Positions 10,375 through 19,977 are shown, counted from the stretch's first letter. The stretch: 37,957 bases of DNA from an uncultured archaeon (GCA_964549075.1 CAZJUB010000022.1:1-37957); one strand, 5' to 3'. The notes: generated by a model from the sequence alone, not told the origin. Translations and numbers: made by a program.

Positions 10375-11154
10375 TTACATCCATAGTCTTAATTTTGGAA
10401 AATGAAAAACTTCATCTTCTCCTAAAACAAAAAGCTCGAAATCTTGTAGATCTGCATGATCTCTAAGTAATGGAATTATGTGGTGATTCTTCAAATGCGG
10501 ATTAATAGGACTTCCTGATGAATATTCAGTAAATGCTGGAACTACTAAGATTTTCTGAGTCATGGATTTTAACGGTCCTAATAAGAATGAAGGATTTCTT
10601 ACTTTCTGTAAACCATTTATTCTTGATTCGAATACTGGATGTAAATGACCTACTATAATGTATTTAATATCCTCTGTGAGTTCTATTTCAAGTTCTTTAT
10701 CTCCATGAGTTATGTAGTATTTACCAATAGTAAAATCAGTTGCATGGCTGATAACATTTTCAAAATCTTTTAAAGCCCAAGAAAGAAAAATATCGTGATT
10801 TCCTTTTATAACATGTATTTCTGGAACTAAAGGACTTATTTCTTTGAAAAACTTTTTTACATCTCTATTTTCAATTTTGGTTGGTTCTTGAAAACTGTGT
10901 TTTATGTCTCCATTTAGAATTAGTTTGTTAGGTTTCAAGTTCTCGAGATAAAATCTGAAGGTTTCAATAATTTGATTTGTGAGATTATGAGGAACATAAG
11001 ACCCATCATCTTGCATAATAGCTTCTAGACCAAGATGTAAATCAGCAATTACTAAAGCGTTGAATTCTTGTAGGAAAAGAATGGGTTTTTTGTCCACAAT
11101 TTTCATATCAGATGTTATCTCATAGAACTGGATGTTCATTTGTCGAAATAACAT
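10375..11154 (-). CDS. Calcineurin-like metallophosphoesterase (archaeal ICC-like)
   Basis: ADLHLG, NGDIKH, KGNHD, THGD, GHLHP, VPAF motifs. Confidence 0.9.
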   Translation of the reverse strand: MLFRQMNIQFYEITSDMKIVDKKPILFLQEFNALVIADLHLGLEAIMQDDGSYVPHNLTNQIIETFRFYLENLKPNKLILNGDIKHSFQEPTKIENRDVKKFFKEISPLVPEIHVIKGNHDIFLSWALKDFENVISHATDFTIGKYYITHGDKELEIELTEDIKYIIVGHLHPVFESRINGLQKVRNPSFLLGPLKSMTQKILVVPAFTEYSSGSPINPHLKNHHIIPLLRDHADLQDFELFVLGEDEVFHFPKLRLWM

Positions 11155-11195
11155 TTTAAAGTATAATATAAAAAATTGTGCGATTTGAACAAAAA

Positions 11196-11882
11196 TTATT
11201 CTTCTTTCTTTGTTAAGCCAATTGAAGCAAATTTGACTGAATAGATTTTTTTACAAGCTTCACAACAATGATAAATTATTGAATTCATCTTTTCAGCTAG
11301 CAGATAGAAAATAAAAATCTGCTTCCAATCTGTTTTCTCAGAAGGTAATTCTTGCAATAGTAATCGGTATAACTTGTGGGCTCCAATTTCAATATTAGTA
11401 ATACTTGATTTATCAAACATTTCAATATCAGAAAGATTTGCGTGAACAAGAAAACCAAATACCTGAATACTTTCAAGAATTGCTGTATTAAAGTTATAGA
11501 AATATTCTAGAGTTTGTAATTGCATTTTTATGTGCTCTTGTGTTAGTAGCGATATTAATTCAGCTTTTAATTTTGCAACTTGTTTCAAATGAGAAAAAAT
11601 AGGGTCGTATTGATTTATTGATATCTCGAATCTATCTATAGGTTGGTAAATCGTCGAGGTGATGTCATCTACAAAATTGACAACATTCTGATAAAGCTGT
11701 TCCATTTTTTCCACCCTTTCAACCATGCCAGGATGATATAAAAGAGATAATGTTGTTAAATCTGCCATTCTTATTAGTGTATCACTTACCAATGTTGAGC
11801 AATACAAGATAGTCTCTGCAATATCTTGCTTGGTTTTTTTTTCAGAAGCCATGAACCATTTCCCAAATGAGAAAATTAGCAT
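11196..11882 (-). CDS. Helical protein, possibly divergent PhoU/DUF47 family
   Basis: All-helical pattern with two repeats; IE..AHKLYRLLLQEL...LAEKM resembles DUF47 but acidic ligands are degenerate. Confidence 0.35.
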   Translation of the reverse strand: MLIFSFGKWFMASEKKTKQDIAETILYCSTLVSDTLIRMADLTTLSLLYHPGMVERVEKMEQLYQNVVNFVDDITSTIYQPIDRFEISINQYDPIFSHLKQVAKLKAELISLLTQEHIKMQLQTLEYFYNFNTAILESIQVFGFLVHANLSDIEMFDKSSITNIEIGAHKLYRLLLQELPSEKTDWKQIFIFYLLAEKMNSIIYHCCEACKKIYSVKFASIGLTKKEE

Positions 11883-11924
11883 TCTCCTATATAGGTGTTA
11901 TGCAAAATAAGGATTTTATCCTTA

Positions 11925-13313
11925 TTATTTGCATGCTTTGCTTCTAGTTGGGGATAACATTTGAACCTCTAAATCAACTCTATTGATTGTTAGAATAATA
12001 CCACTTTGATCTTGTAGATTCTGAATTGTGTTTTTCTCTAAAATGCTTTCTTCTGTTGGAATTAGAAGAATGGTAGATGAAGAGATATTTGCAATTTGTA
12101 TAATTGCATTTACTGGAAGATGATCTGAACCAAGATCATCATATATTGTATTTGTACCAACATTACTACCTATCAGTGTATTATTAAAATACTGATTTAC
12201 AAAGATAAAATCAATTCTAGAAAGAATCGTTGGAACATTCAGAGTATAACCTGGATCAGTAGGATGTAAATATCTGAAAACATCAGTAAAATTATGAACT
12301 TTTGAAGAATAATTACCATATATTGGATCATCGGGTTCAAGCAACATAGTTACAGGACCATATCCAAAATCAGCGCCAGGATCCCCAGCTAATTCACCAA
12401 TATCGAATGGAGATAGAGAGTTGATGTCACCTGCATAAATGATCGGAACATCACCCAATTCATCCATATAATTGATAATACCTTCTTGTTCTCTTTCCCT
12501 CCTCCATTCTTCAAATTCACCTTCACAACACTTCAAATGAAATCCTATTACATTTATCTCAACACCTGTGACGTTAATTGCTACATGTAGGAAATCGTGA
12601 GTTGCATAATATGTTGTGTTATCATCTAATGTCAATTCACCAATTTGAGTAACATTTAAAATTGGATATCTACTAAAAATTGCTTCACCTGTTGTTGGGA
12701 AACTATCATGCTGAGTTGTAAATCCTTCATATGGTGCTTCTTGGTAGAAATAACCATTATAATAATTCAACATTAGTTTGAGTTTCTTATTATTTGCTTC
12801 ATTCCAAGTTCCTGTTTCTACAAATACGATAATATCAGCATTTTCTGCCTTAACCACATCCTTCCACTCTGGTTCAGAACCACTCTCATAGATATTATAA
12901 GAGAGGAATTTGAAATAATCTGTTGGTGCTGGATTTACAAAATTATCTATGGTAATCTGAATCTCAGTTTCAGCAGTCAAGTTAACTAAATCATAAGCTA
13001 TAGCTTTAAGGTTATATGGCCCATCTGAGTATTGAGTTGTATCTAAAAGGTATGGTACTGAACTAGAAATAAGGGTATCGTTAAGATAAAGTTCAATTAA
13101 CTGAACTTCAGAATTGTCTGATCCTGTATCCCCAGCTGTACAATTGATTAGAACTTCACCAGATAAGACCTCCCAAATTGTAGGATTATCTATCTTAATC
13201 GTTGGAGGAATAGTGTCTCTATTTAAAAGCACAATTGAAGTTGGAACAACAATTGCAACAATTATGACTGCAACTGCGGATATAATGAAAACCTTAGATT
13301 TAAAGAAACTCAT
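11925..13313 (-). CDS. Membrane-anchored extracellular endonuclease/exonuclease/phosphatase (EEP) protein with Ig-like domain
   Basis: N-terminal TM helix, DTIPP...DGPYNLKAIAYD Ig-like domain, SYNI, VE, GDIN, RIDFIF, SDHLPV catalytic motifs; ATG 13313 preferred to 13340. Confidence 0.85.
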   Translation of the reverse strand: MSFFKSKVFIISAVAVIIVAIVVPTSIVLLNRDTIPPTIKIDNPTIWEVLSGEVLINCTAGDTGSDNSEVQLIELYLNDTLISSSVPYLLDTTQYSDGPYNLKAIAYDLVNLTAETEIQITIDNFVNPAPTDYFKFLSYNIYESGSEPEWKDVVKAENADIIVFVETGTWNEANNKKLKLMLNYYNGYFYQEAPYEGFTTQHDSFPTTGEAIFSRYPILNVTQIGELTLDDNTTYYATHDFLHVAINVTGVEINVIGFHLKCCEGEFEEWRREREQEGIINYMDELGDVPIIYAGDINSLSPFDIGELAGDPGADFGYGPVTMLLEPDDPIYGNYSSKVHNFTDVFRYLHPTDPGYTLNVPTILSRIDFIFVNQYFNNTLIGSNVGTNTIYDDLGSDHLPVNAIIQIANISSSTILLIPTEESILEKNTIQNLQDQSGIILTINRVDLEVQMLSPTRSKACK

Positions 13314-13430
13314 TGTAATCGTTATAAAAAAAGAAATCAAGTTAATAATACTTGTGCTTCTCTTTTGGTCATTTTAAAAAGAACAAATTAGAATAAATAG
13401 ACTTGCTTAGAGTTGAAGAGTGAAAAAAGG

Positions 13431-13973
13431 CTAATCAAAAAGCTTTCCTAATTTATGAGCCCATTCCTCAATTTCATCCCAATTTCTATTATCATACTGA
13501 TACTCATGTAATCTTGTTATCATGCCTTCAGTAACTATTGCAGGTAATAGATTTTCAGGACCTTTAGCAAAATTCGGTAATTCCTCTTTTGGTATCCTTC
13601 CGCCAAATGCTGCAATAGCAACGGGTTTTAGATTTGGAAACTCATCAAGAACTTTTACCAAAAAATTTTCATAGGCATAATCATAGAGATCTTTCTCACC
13701 AGCATATGATGAAGAGATGAAGATTGCCACTTTTTTATTTCCAAAATTATTTTTAAGATACTTTTTTGCATTTTCTGTCCATTCTCCATATTTGATTCCG
13801 CTTCCAATAACAATATTATCAAAATCATCTAAATCAGGACATGCATGCCAATTTTCTAAGTTCCAGATTTCTACATGTTGATTATAATTTTTTTCTAAAA
13901 TTTTCTGAATAGTAGCGCATGTTTCTGGGGTTGCACCATATCTGGTTCCGTATACTATTAATGTTTCTTTCAC
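13431..13973 (-). CDS. Flavodoxin-domain protein (HemG/Flavodoxin_5-like)
   Basis: LIVYGTRYGAT FMN loop, VIGSGI, FGG, DNRNWDEIEEWA; AGGTGA RBS. Confidence 0.88.
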   Translation of the reverse strand: MKETLIVYGTRYGATPETCATIQKILEKNYNQHVEIWNLENWHACPDLDDFDNIVIGSGIKYGEWTENAKKYLKNNFGNKKVAIFISSSYAGEKDLYDYAYENFLVKVLDEFPNLKPVAIAAFGGRIPKEELPNFAKGPENLLPAIVTEGMITRLHEYQYDNRNWDEIEEWAHKLGKLFD

Positions 13974-14123
13974 TTACTCACCTAAAAGAATATTTTTCAC
14001 GAGACAAAGAGATGTAGCTAAATATAAAACATTTCTCTTATAACTAAAAAACCATCTTTCCTCACCTCTTTTCTCAAAAAGCATGGAAAAACTTTATTTA
14101 TACGTCAAAATAGTTCACTCTTT

Positions 14124-15923
14124 ATGCGTAGATTCGCAAGTATTGATTTTCTTCGTGGATTTGCTATTTGGTTGATGTTATTATTACACGAGTTGATGAG
14201 AGTTTTAGATTATTCTTGGGCTACAGATCCTACTAAAGCACAATTTTTTTCCGAGATGCCTATTATTTACACAATTTTAATGCTGTTAATTATGTTTCTT
14301 GGTGGATGGTGCGGATTTTTCCTTCTTATAAGTTCAATTGGAAATACAATTTCGATGCAAAAAGCGTTGCAAAAAGGAAATTCAGTTGGGAGTGTTGTAA
14401 TAAAACAATTATTGTTGGGTTTTCTATTATTACTTTGTGCTTTCTTCATAGAATCAATAGGTGGTTATGGTTCTATGTTAGGACAAGTTGCAATGGGGCG
14501 TGCAATTAATCCAAGTCTAATTTATAGGTCATTTTGGTGTGAAACAATTCATGCTATAGCTTATGCGATGATAGCTAATGCATTCTTAGGGGGATTGTTA
14601 GCAATAAGAGGTGGTATAAAGAAGACAACACGTAACATCATCATAAATTTATCACTAGCTATAGTAGTTATTGGAGTAACTGCAATAGTCTATAACGCAC
14701 CTATGACTTACGGTGGAATAACCAAAGCTCAAGATTTTGGTTTAATTCAATTGATGAATCAAAATCCTGCTGGAGGTTCTGTATCTGAATTTTTCATTAA
14801 GATTTTTCTGTTTCCATTCATCGGACGTCCTGAACCCATTCTACCATTCTTAGCTACAGCTTTGATTGGAAATGTCATCGGAATCTTGTTAGCGAGAGAA
14901 AAACCATTTTGGAAAGAAATGAGAATTGGGATGGTAATTGCGACTGTATTAACTTTTGGAGGTTTAGTTTGGGCTTTTATCATGGTAGCTAATGGAAAAC
15001 AAGATCTACTTCAGTTATTTAGAGACGCGTGGAATATTCCTTCTCTTGTAGCTTGGTTGCCGATGTATTTATTTACGCTAGGAACGCAATTAGTTGCTGT
15101 ATTTTTAGTCATTAGACTTGTGGAATTCAGAGGTAGAGGAAAAGAATTCGCAGAAAAAACGAGATATTTTAGAAGGCAAGGATTCGTTGCACTTTCTATT
15201 TATGCCTATCAATTCCTGGATGTTATACCTAGATGGATAATGTCACTTTTCCTATGTATACCATATCCAACTACCTACAAAACGATATCTAGTACTGTAG
15301 GATTTTTATTGAAAACTAGATTTCAATCAATACCTTATTGGATAATCTCTGATTCACTCGGATGTACTCCGATGGTAAATTCAAGTGGAGTTTTAGTTGA
15401 ACATAATCTCTAGGGTCCATGGGTATTTTTAGTGATTGTCCTGAATTTTCTAATTTGGCAAGGGCTTTTGCTTCTCTGGGAAAAGATTAGTTTTATTGGT
15501 GGGTATGAGTGGTTGATAAATGTTATCGCTGGTTTCTTTATCAAATCTAGGAGAATAAGAGAAACAGCTGAAGGAACAGAATTGTATCCTTGGTGGAAAC
15601 CAAAACGTTTGGATGCTCAAGCTTATTTATATGATGTAGACTGGATAAACATAATAGAGAAAAAAGAAATTAATCACAAAGAAAAAACTGAATCCATTGT
15701 TGCACTTAAGGTTACAGCTATTAATCTTGTTTTCAATATTTTTATTTTCTTTTTGCCAGTTACAATATTCGGTTTAATGGTTACTATGAATGCTAGAAAA
15801 ACTGAAGGTAAAAATTCTTTAAATACTGCAGCTTTAATCTGTGGAATTTTAGGTTTTGTCGTTTGTCTTGCATCAATTATCGTCATGTCCAATATTCCTA
15901 ATTCGGTACTAGGTCTTGTGTAG
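14124..15923 (+). pseudogene. Polytopic membrane protein (DUF1624/HGSNAT-like N-terminus, DUF418-like C-terminus) interrupted by one in-frame TAG at 15411-15413
   Basis: RFASIDFLRG..I.LM...H at N-terminus; ORFs 14124-15413 and 15432-15923 share a frame and read ...HNL*GPWVFLVIV...LWEK..FIGGYEW; may be pseudogene, sequencing error or readthrough. Confidence 0.6.
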
Positions 15924-15927
15924 TTTA

Positions 15928-16317
15928 TTAGAAAGACCTATTGTTTCCCTTTAATCCTTTTTTTGTAGTTGCATCAAGTAGTAAATGGCTTAGATATCCG
16001 AGGAGAAACGAAAAAATCAGATAAATGAAGATTTGCGTATTATAGAGAGGAATGAGAACAAAACAAGTTATAAAAGACAGTATAAAAAAAACTGAGAGTA
16101 TAAACCAAGAATGAAAGAATTTCCTATGATCTGGATTTGTTGGTCTTTCTATTATATCTGGAAGAATAGAACCAATGAAAGCACAGATAATAGATAGAGA
16201 TAATATAAGTGTTAATTGTAGATAATTTAAATCTTCTGAAAAACCCCAATAGGAAACACCTACAAGAGGAATTGCTAAAACAAAGCCACCTACAATGTGT
16301 GTTATTCTATTAGGCAT
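15928..16317 (-). CDS. Membrane-bound metal-dependent hydrolase (YdjM family)
   Basis: TH, LPD, HRKFFHS, SHLLLD motifs with TM helices. Confidence 0.85.
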   Translation of the reverse strand: MPNRITHIVGGFVLAIPLVGVSYWGFSEDLNYLQLTLILSLSIICAFIGSILPDIIERPTNPDHRKFFHSWFILSVFFILSFITCFVLIPLYNTQIFIYLIFSFLLGYLSHLLLDATTKKGLKGNNRSF

Positions 16318-16422
16318 TGAATAATCTCCTCTCGTTAATTATATAATATGCATATTATAAAAACTAAAGTAAAACAGATGTCATACAATAACACGTATTA
16401 AGGATACAAGTTATTTGTTCTT

Positions 16423-16863
16423 ATGGACAATGTATTCTCGACAGCTGAAATCTGGATAGATAAATTAAAGTTAACTACCGATTTAATTCTTCACCTAGAT
16501 AATAACACTAAATTGCCAAATGGCTGGGGTAAGAGAGAACTACTTATTCACTTAACAGGTTGGGATGAGGAGTTTATAAATTTTTCAGAAAAAATGAGAC
16601 AACAAGTTATGTTTTATGAGTTTTATGAGGAAAATGGTGAAGATAAGAATCAACAGTTTTTCAGAGATAACGAGCATTTAGATCTTGATTCTGCACTTTT
16701 AAAATTTAAAAAACTACGTAAGAAGTTAATCTCAGTTTACGAAGAAATTCTGATTGACTATCCTCAAGATAATGAGGAATTTCTAGGTTTCTTCTCTATT
16801 TGGTGGCACGATTTACATCATTTAAAACAAACTGGAATTGATGTGTCAGAACTAGAAAAGTAA
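16423..16863 (+). CDS. DinB-superfamily four-helix bundle protein (ClbS/DfsB-like)
   Basis: W..RELLIHLTGWD and C-terminal HDLHH metal motif. Confidence 0.7.
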   Translation: MDNVFSTAEIWIDKLKLTTDLILHLDNNTKLPNGWGKRELLIHLTGWDEEFINFSEKMRQQVMFYEFYEENGEDKNQQFFRDNEHLDLDSALLKFKKLRKKLISVYEEILIDYPQDNEEFLGFFSIWWHDLHHLKQTGIDVSELEK

Positions 16864-16940
16864 TCGATTACATTTAGTATATTTCATTTTCTTTATTTTG
16901 CGAAAAAATTTTAAAACAGTTGTTGTGTTTGAAATACATC

Positions 16941-17858
16941 ATGAGTGATGTAAAGACAAAAACAAAATTAAAAGGTTTGATTATTAATTCAGCATTCTAT
17001 ACTTTAGCAATAGGCATAGCGATACTAGCTGGATATCTTCTTTATGATTATATTACAAATCCGTTATTGTTATTTTTAGTTACTGATATAATAGCTACAT
17101 TAGTTATTTTTATTGCTAGTACGATATTTAAGAATACTAGTTTCTATGATCCTTATTGGAGTTTTATTCCGATTGTTATAGCAATCTACTGGTTTATAGT
17201 TGGAGGGCTGGAATTAGGCGAATTTAAAGCATCCCAGTTTGTGATTCTAGCTGTTGTTGGTGTATATGGATTAAGGTTGACTTACAATTGGATTAGAAGT
17301 TGGGAAGGTTTTAAGCATGAGGATTGGAGATATGTTAAGTACAGAATTGAGAAACCCAAATTATTCTGGATAATCAATCTAACTGGTTTACAGCTGATGC
17401 CAACGATACTCGTATTTCTTGGTTGTATCCCTCTTTATCCTGCTTTTACAAATCCGATTCAATTTTCAGAACCGATACAATGGAGTAATATCCTTTTTTA
17501 TATTCTAGGTCTCGTTATTACAGTAACAGCTATCTTTATCGAAGCGCTAGCAGATGAGCAGCAATATGTTTTCCGTCAGAAGAAACAACCTGGTCAACTT
17601 TTAGATACAGGTTTGTGGAGTGTATCAAGACACCCTAATTATTTTGGAGAGATAAGTTTCTGGTGGGGAGTGTATTTCTTAGGCCTTTCAGGTGACACAA
17701 CTTATTGGTGGGCTTTCGTTGGTCCTTTAGCCATTCTGGTTTTATTCGTTGTTGTAAGTATCCCATTAATGGAAAGTAGATTAAAGCAAAGGTACCCCGA
17801 TTACAAAGATTATCAAAAAAGAGTTTCACTGCTTATACCTTGGTTTAAGAAAAAATAG
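16941..17858 (+). CDS. DUF1295 family membrane protein (steroid 5-alpha-reductase/ICMT-like)
   Basis: SFYDPYWS, EDWRY, EALADEQ, GLWSVSRHPNYFGE motifs; ATG 16941 preferred to TTG 16920. Confidence 0.88.
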   Translation: MSDVKTKTKLKGLIINSAFYTLAIGIAILAGYLLYDYITNPLLLFLVTDIIATLVIFIASTIFKNTSFYDPYWSFIPIVIAIYWFIVGGLELGEFKASQFVILAVVGVYGLRLTYNWIRSWEGFKHEDWRYVKYRIEKPKLFWIINLTGLQLMPTILVFLGCIPLYPAFTNPIQFSEPIQWSNILFYILGLVITVTAIFIEALADEQQYVFRQKKQPGQLLDTGLWSVSRHPNYFGEISFWWGVYFLGLSGDTTYWWAFVGPLAILVLFVVVSIPLMESRLKQRYPDYKDYQKRVSLLIPWFKKK

Positions 17859-17875
17859 TCTACGTACTCTGAGTA

Positions 17876-17946
17876 AATTACTGTTATTTAGCAGTAATTG
17901 ATGAAAAAGAAATGAAAAAAATATGAAAAATGTTATGAAAAAAAGA
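17876..17946. terminator. Putative bidirectional terminator between convergent genes
   Basis: AATTACTG/CAGTAATT hairpin (17876-17899) plus four ATGAAAAA units at 17901, 17912, 17923 and 17935 (oligo-T tracts on the minus strand). Confidence 0.5.
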
Positions 17947-17947
17947 A

Positions 17948-18499
17948 TTAAGGGGCAACATACCAACTATTGAAGAAATATAAGAGTATAATTCCCGCAG
18001 CTAATATGATTAAACCATTAACTAACAAAAACATTCTTGAAACTTTTGGTGGCATAGTTTTTCTTCCTTCATCATTTATCCAGAAGATATGTACTAGAGC
18101 TGTTCCTTCCCAACTTTTTGGTTTTAAGTCCAGGAAAAGATGAGATGCATGTCCTATGTGATAAAATGCATAGATTGGAACTAGAAAAAATACAACCTCT
18201 CCCATATTTCTAATGAAGAATAATGGAATTGAGATTACTAAAGGGAGGAAGAAGGAATGGGTGATTACATTTCTATGTGGAAGAAATTTATCCCAAAGTA
18301 AATCATAATCTGGCAATTGTGCTCCAAAATGACATGCCATAAAGGAAAGTACAATCCAAACTGAATGAACTTCCAAACCACTTAACGTAGTTATCTCCAA
18401 GTTAATTAAATTAGTATATCTCTCTAAAGCATAGAAAATACCTAAAAAAGCACCCCAGAAAAGAGTACCACCTATAAGATGTATTTTACGATTAGCCAA
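17948..18499 (-). CDS. Membrane-bound metal-dependent hydrolase (YdjM family), second copy
   Basis: IH, LPDYD, HRNVITHS, SHLFLD motifs; AAGGTGA RBS before TTG. Confidence 0.82.
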   Translation of the reverse strand: MANRKIHLIGGTLFWGAFLGIFYALERYTNLINLEITTLSGLEVHSVWIVLSFMACHFGAQLPDYDLLWDKFLPHRNVITHSFFLPLVISIPLFFIRNMGEVVFFLVPIYAFYHIGHASHLFLDLKPKSWEGTALVHIFWINDEGRKTMPPKVSRMFLLVNGLIILAAGIILLYFFNSWYVAP

Positions 18500-18574
18500 A
18501 TAATCACCTTTCGATACTAAAAGAGATGTTAACTTGCTTTTAAACTTTCATGCAAGTAAAATGAAAAGAAAGAA

Positions 18575-18679
18575 TTAGAGGAGAGAACCTTTGATCATCA
18601 TTAGGGAGTTAATCGCATTATTTCTCTCCTTTTTAAGGTCTTGTTTGATTTTTTCATCAATTTTATTTGTTTTTCGCAT
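18575..18679 (-). CDS. Small 34-aa protein MRKTNKIDEKIKQDLKKERNNAINSLMMIKGSLL (absent from ORF track)
   Basis: ATG at 18679, AGGTG RBS 6 nt upstream, TTTAAAA TATA-like box near 18710-18716, T-rich tract after the stop. Confidence 0.55.
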   Translation of the reverse strand: MRKTNKIDEKIKQDLKKERNNAINSLMMIKGSLL

Positions 18680-18725
18680 TTTTTGCACCTAAATTTACCT
18701 ACTTGCCCCTTTTAAAGTAACTTGC

Positions 18726-18751
18726 TCACAGAATGTGAACACAAGTTGTGA
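18726..18751. promoter_or_regulatory. Tandem palindromic operator-like site
   Basis: TCACAgaaTGTGA (18726-18738) directly followed by ACACAagtTGTGA (18739-18751), in a divergent promoter region. Confidence 0.5.
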
Positions 18752-18862
18752 TATGAAAAAACAAAATCCATATGATAAGAGAGCAAAACATTATGTAAAT
18801 ATTCTATTGAAGATGTAAGTTTTTCAATAAATCTTAAATTTCTAGATGGATTTGTCTACTAG

Positions 18863-19372
18863 ATGGAAGAAAGAATTGTTTATTCAGTTGATTATTACAC
18901 TGATATCAATGAAGATGACTGTCTAAATTACCAGCTTATGTTTAATGCTGAATATCCAACAATAATAGAAAGAGCCACATTAGATTATTGTAAGAAAAAG
19001 CTTCTAAATACTGAAGATCCTGTTAGAATCTTTACAGCAAGAAGTATTCAATCTGAAGGTTCAAAACTTATAGGTTTAATTATAGTTAGACGAAAGGATG
19101 GATTAGAAGAAGTTCCTTGGATATCTATGGTTATCCACAGAGATTATCAAAGAAAAGGCATAGGCTCAACATTATTAGAAAAAGCGAAACAGTATTATGA
19201 TATTCTTCATGGTTGGTGTACACCTGCAGATGGGTATGAAAGAGAAGATGGTTCGGTATATCCAAGCCCTTTAAATTTTTATAAGAAACATGGTTTTATA
19301 ATCGTAAAAGAAAATGTTAACGAAGTCGAAGGACTAGACTTAGTCGAGATAGCTTGGAGTAAGGAAAATTGA
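18863..19372 (+). CDS. GNAT family N-acetyltransferase
   Basis: YQRKGIGSTLL acetyl-CoA motif A; FYKKHGF motif B. Confidence 0.88.
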   Translation: MEERIVYSVDYYTDINEDDCLNYQLMFNAEYPTIIERATLDYCKKKLLNTEDPVRIFTARSIQSEGSKLIGLIIVRRKDGLEEVPWISMVIHRDYQRKGIGSTLLEKAKQYYDILHGWCTPADGYEREDGSVYPSPLNFYKKHGFIIVKENVNEVEGLDLVEIAWSKEN

Positions 19373-19917
19373 GCAAAAATTCTGTGATTATCAGGCAAGC
19401 TAACTTTACAGATATAGAGGGCATAGCTTATGTTGGTTATCATTCTTGGGTAACAACATATACAGGAATTTTTCCAGATGAGTTGATTAAAGAAAGAACA
19501 CCTGAAAAACGTATACCTTATATTAGACTGAATTGGAAAGGTTTTGAAGAACAAATTTCTGAATATCCGACAAGAAGAATTTTAGTAGCAGAAAACTTTG
19601 AAAAGCAGATTGTTGGATTCGTAGCAGGAGGGGAAATTTTCCATGAAAAACAATCATATGACTGCGAAATGTATGCTTTTTATATCTTAAAGGAGTATCA
19701 AAGAAAAGGTTTAGGAACGAGGTTGTTTAACGAAATGCTTAGATTTCTCAAACAATTTGATTATGAAACGATGATAATTTGGGTTTTAGAAGAGAATCCA
19801 GCTTGTTTATTTTATGAAGCGATGAGGGGTAGAGCTAAAGAAACTATTATACAACATCGAGATGGAAAAGACTATACTGTTATGGGATATGTCTGGGAAG
19901 ACATAAAAAAGCTATAA
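19369..19917 (+). CDS. GNAT family N-acetyltransferase
   Basis: IRQA, SW.TTY.G, YQRKGLGTRL, WVLEENPACLFYE; 4-nt overlap with upstream GNAT. Confidence 0.9.
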   Translation: MSKNSVIIRQANFTDIEGIAYVGYHSWVTTYTGIFPDELIKERTPEKRIPYIRLNWKGFEEQISEYPTRRILVAENFEKQIVGFVAGGEIFHEKQSYDCEMYAFYILKEYQRKGLGTRLFNEMLRFLKQFDYETMIIWVLEENPACLFYEAMRGRAKETIIQHRDGKDYTVMGYVWEDIKKL

Positions 19918-19977
19918 AGCAAAAAACTATTAAGAAGCCGTATTTCTTCTACTTTAACATTCCATGAGGTTTATATT

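Noticed and set aside
15251-15417. Bulge-helix-bulge intron removing the in-frame TAG
   Set aside because: CCTA/TAGG could form a 4-bp helix, but the flanking helices do not pair and the predicted junction would be out of frame
17901-17946. Periodic ATGAAAAA repeats as a CRISPR or iteron array
   Set aside because: Too short and low-complexity with no spacers; better explained as terminator T-tracts. No CRISPR array or cas gene was seen in the window
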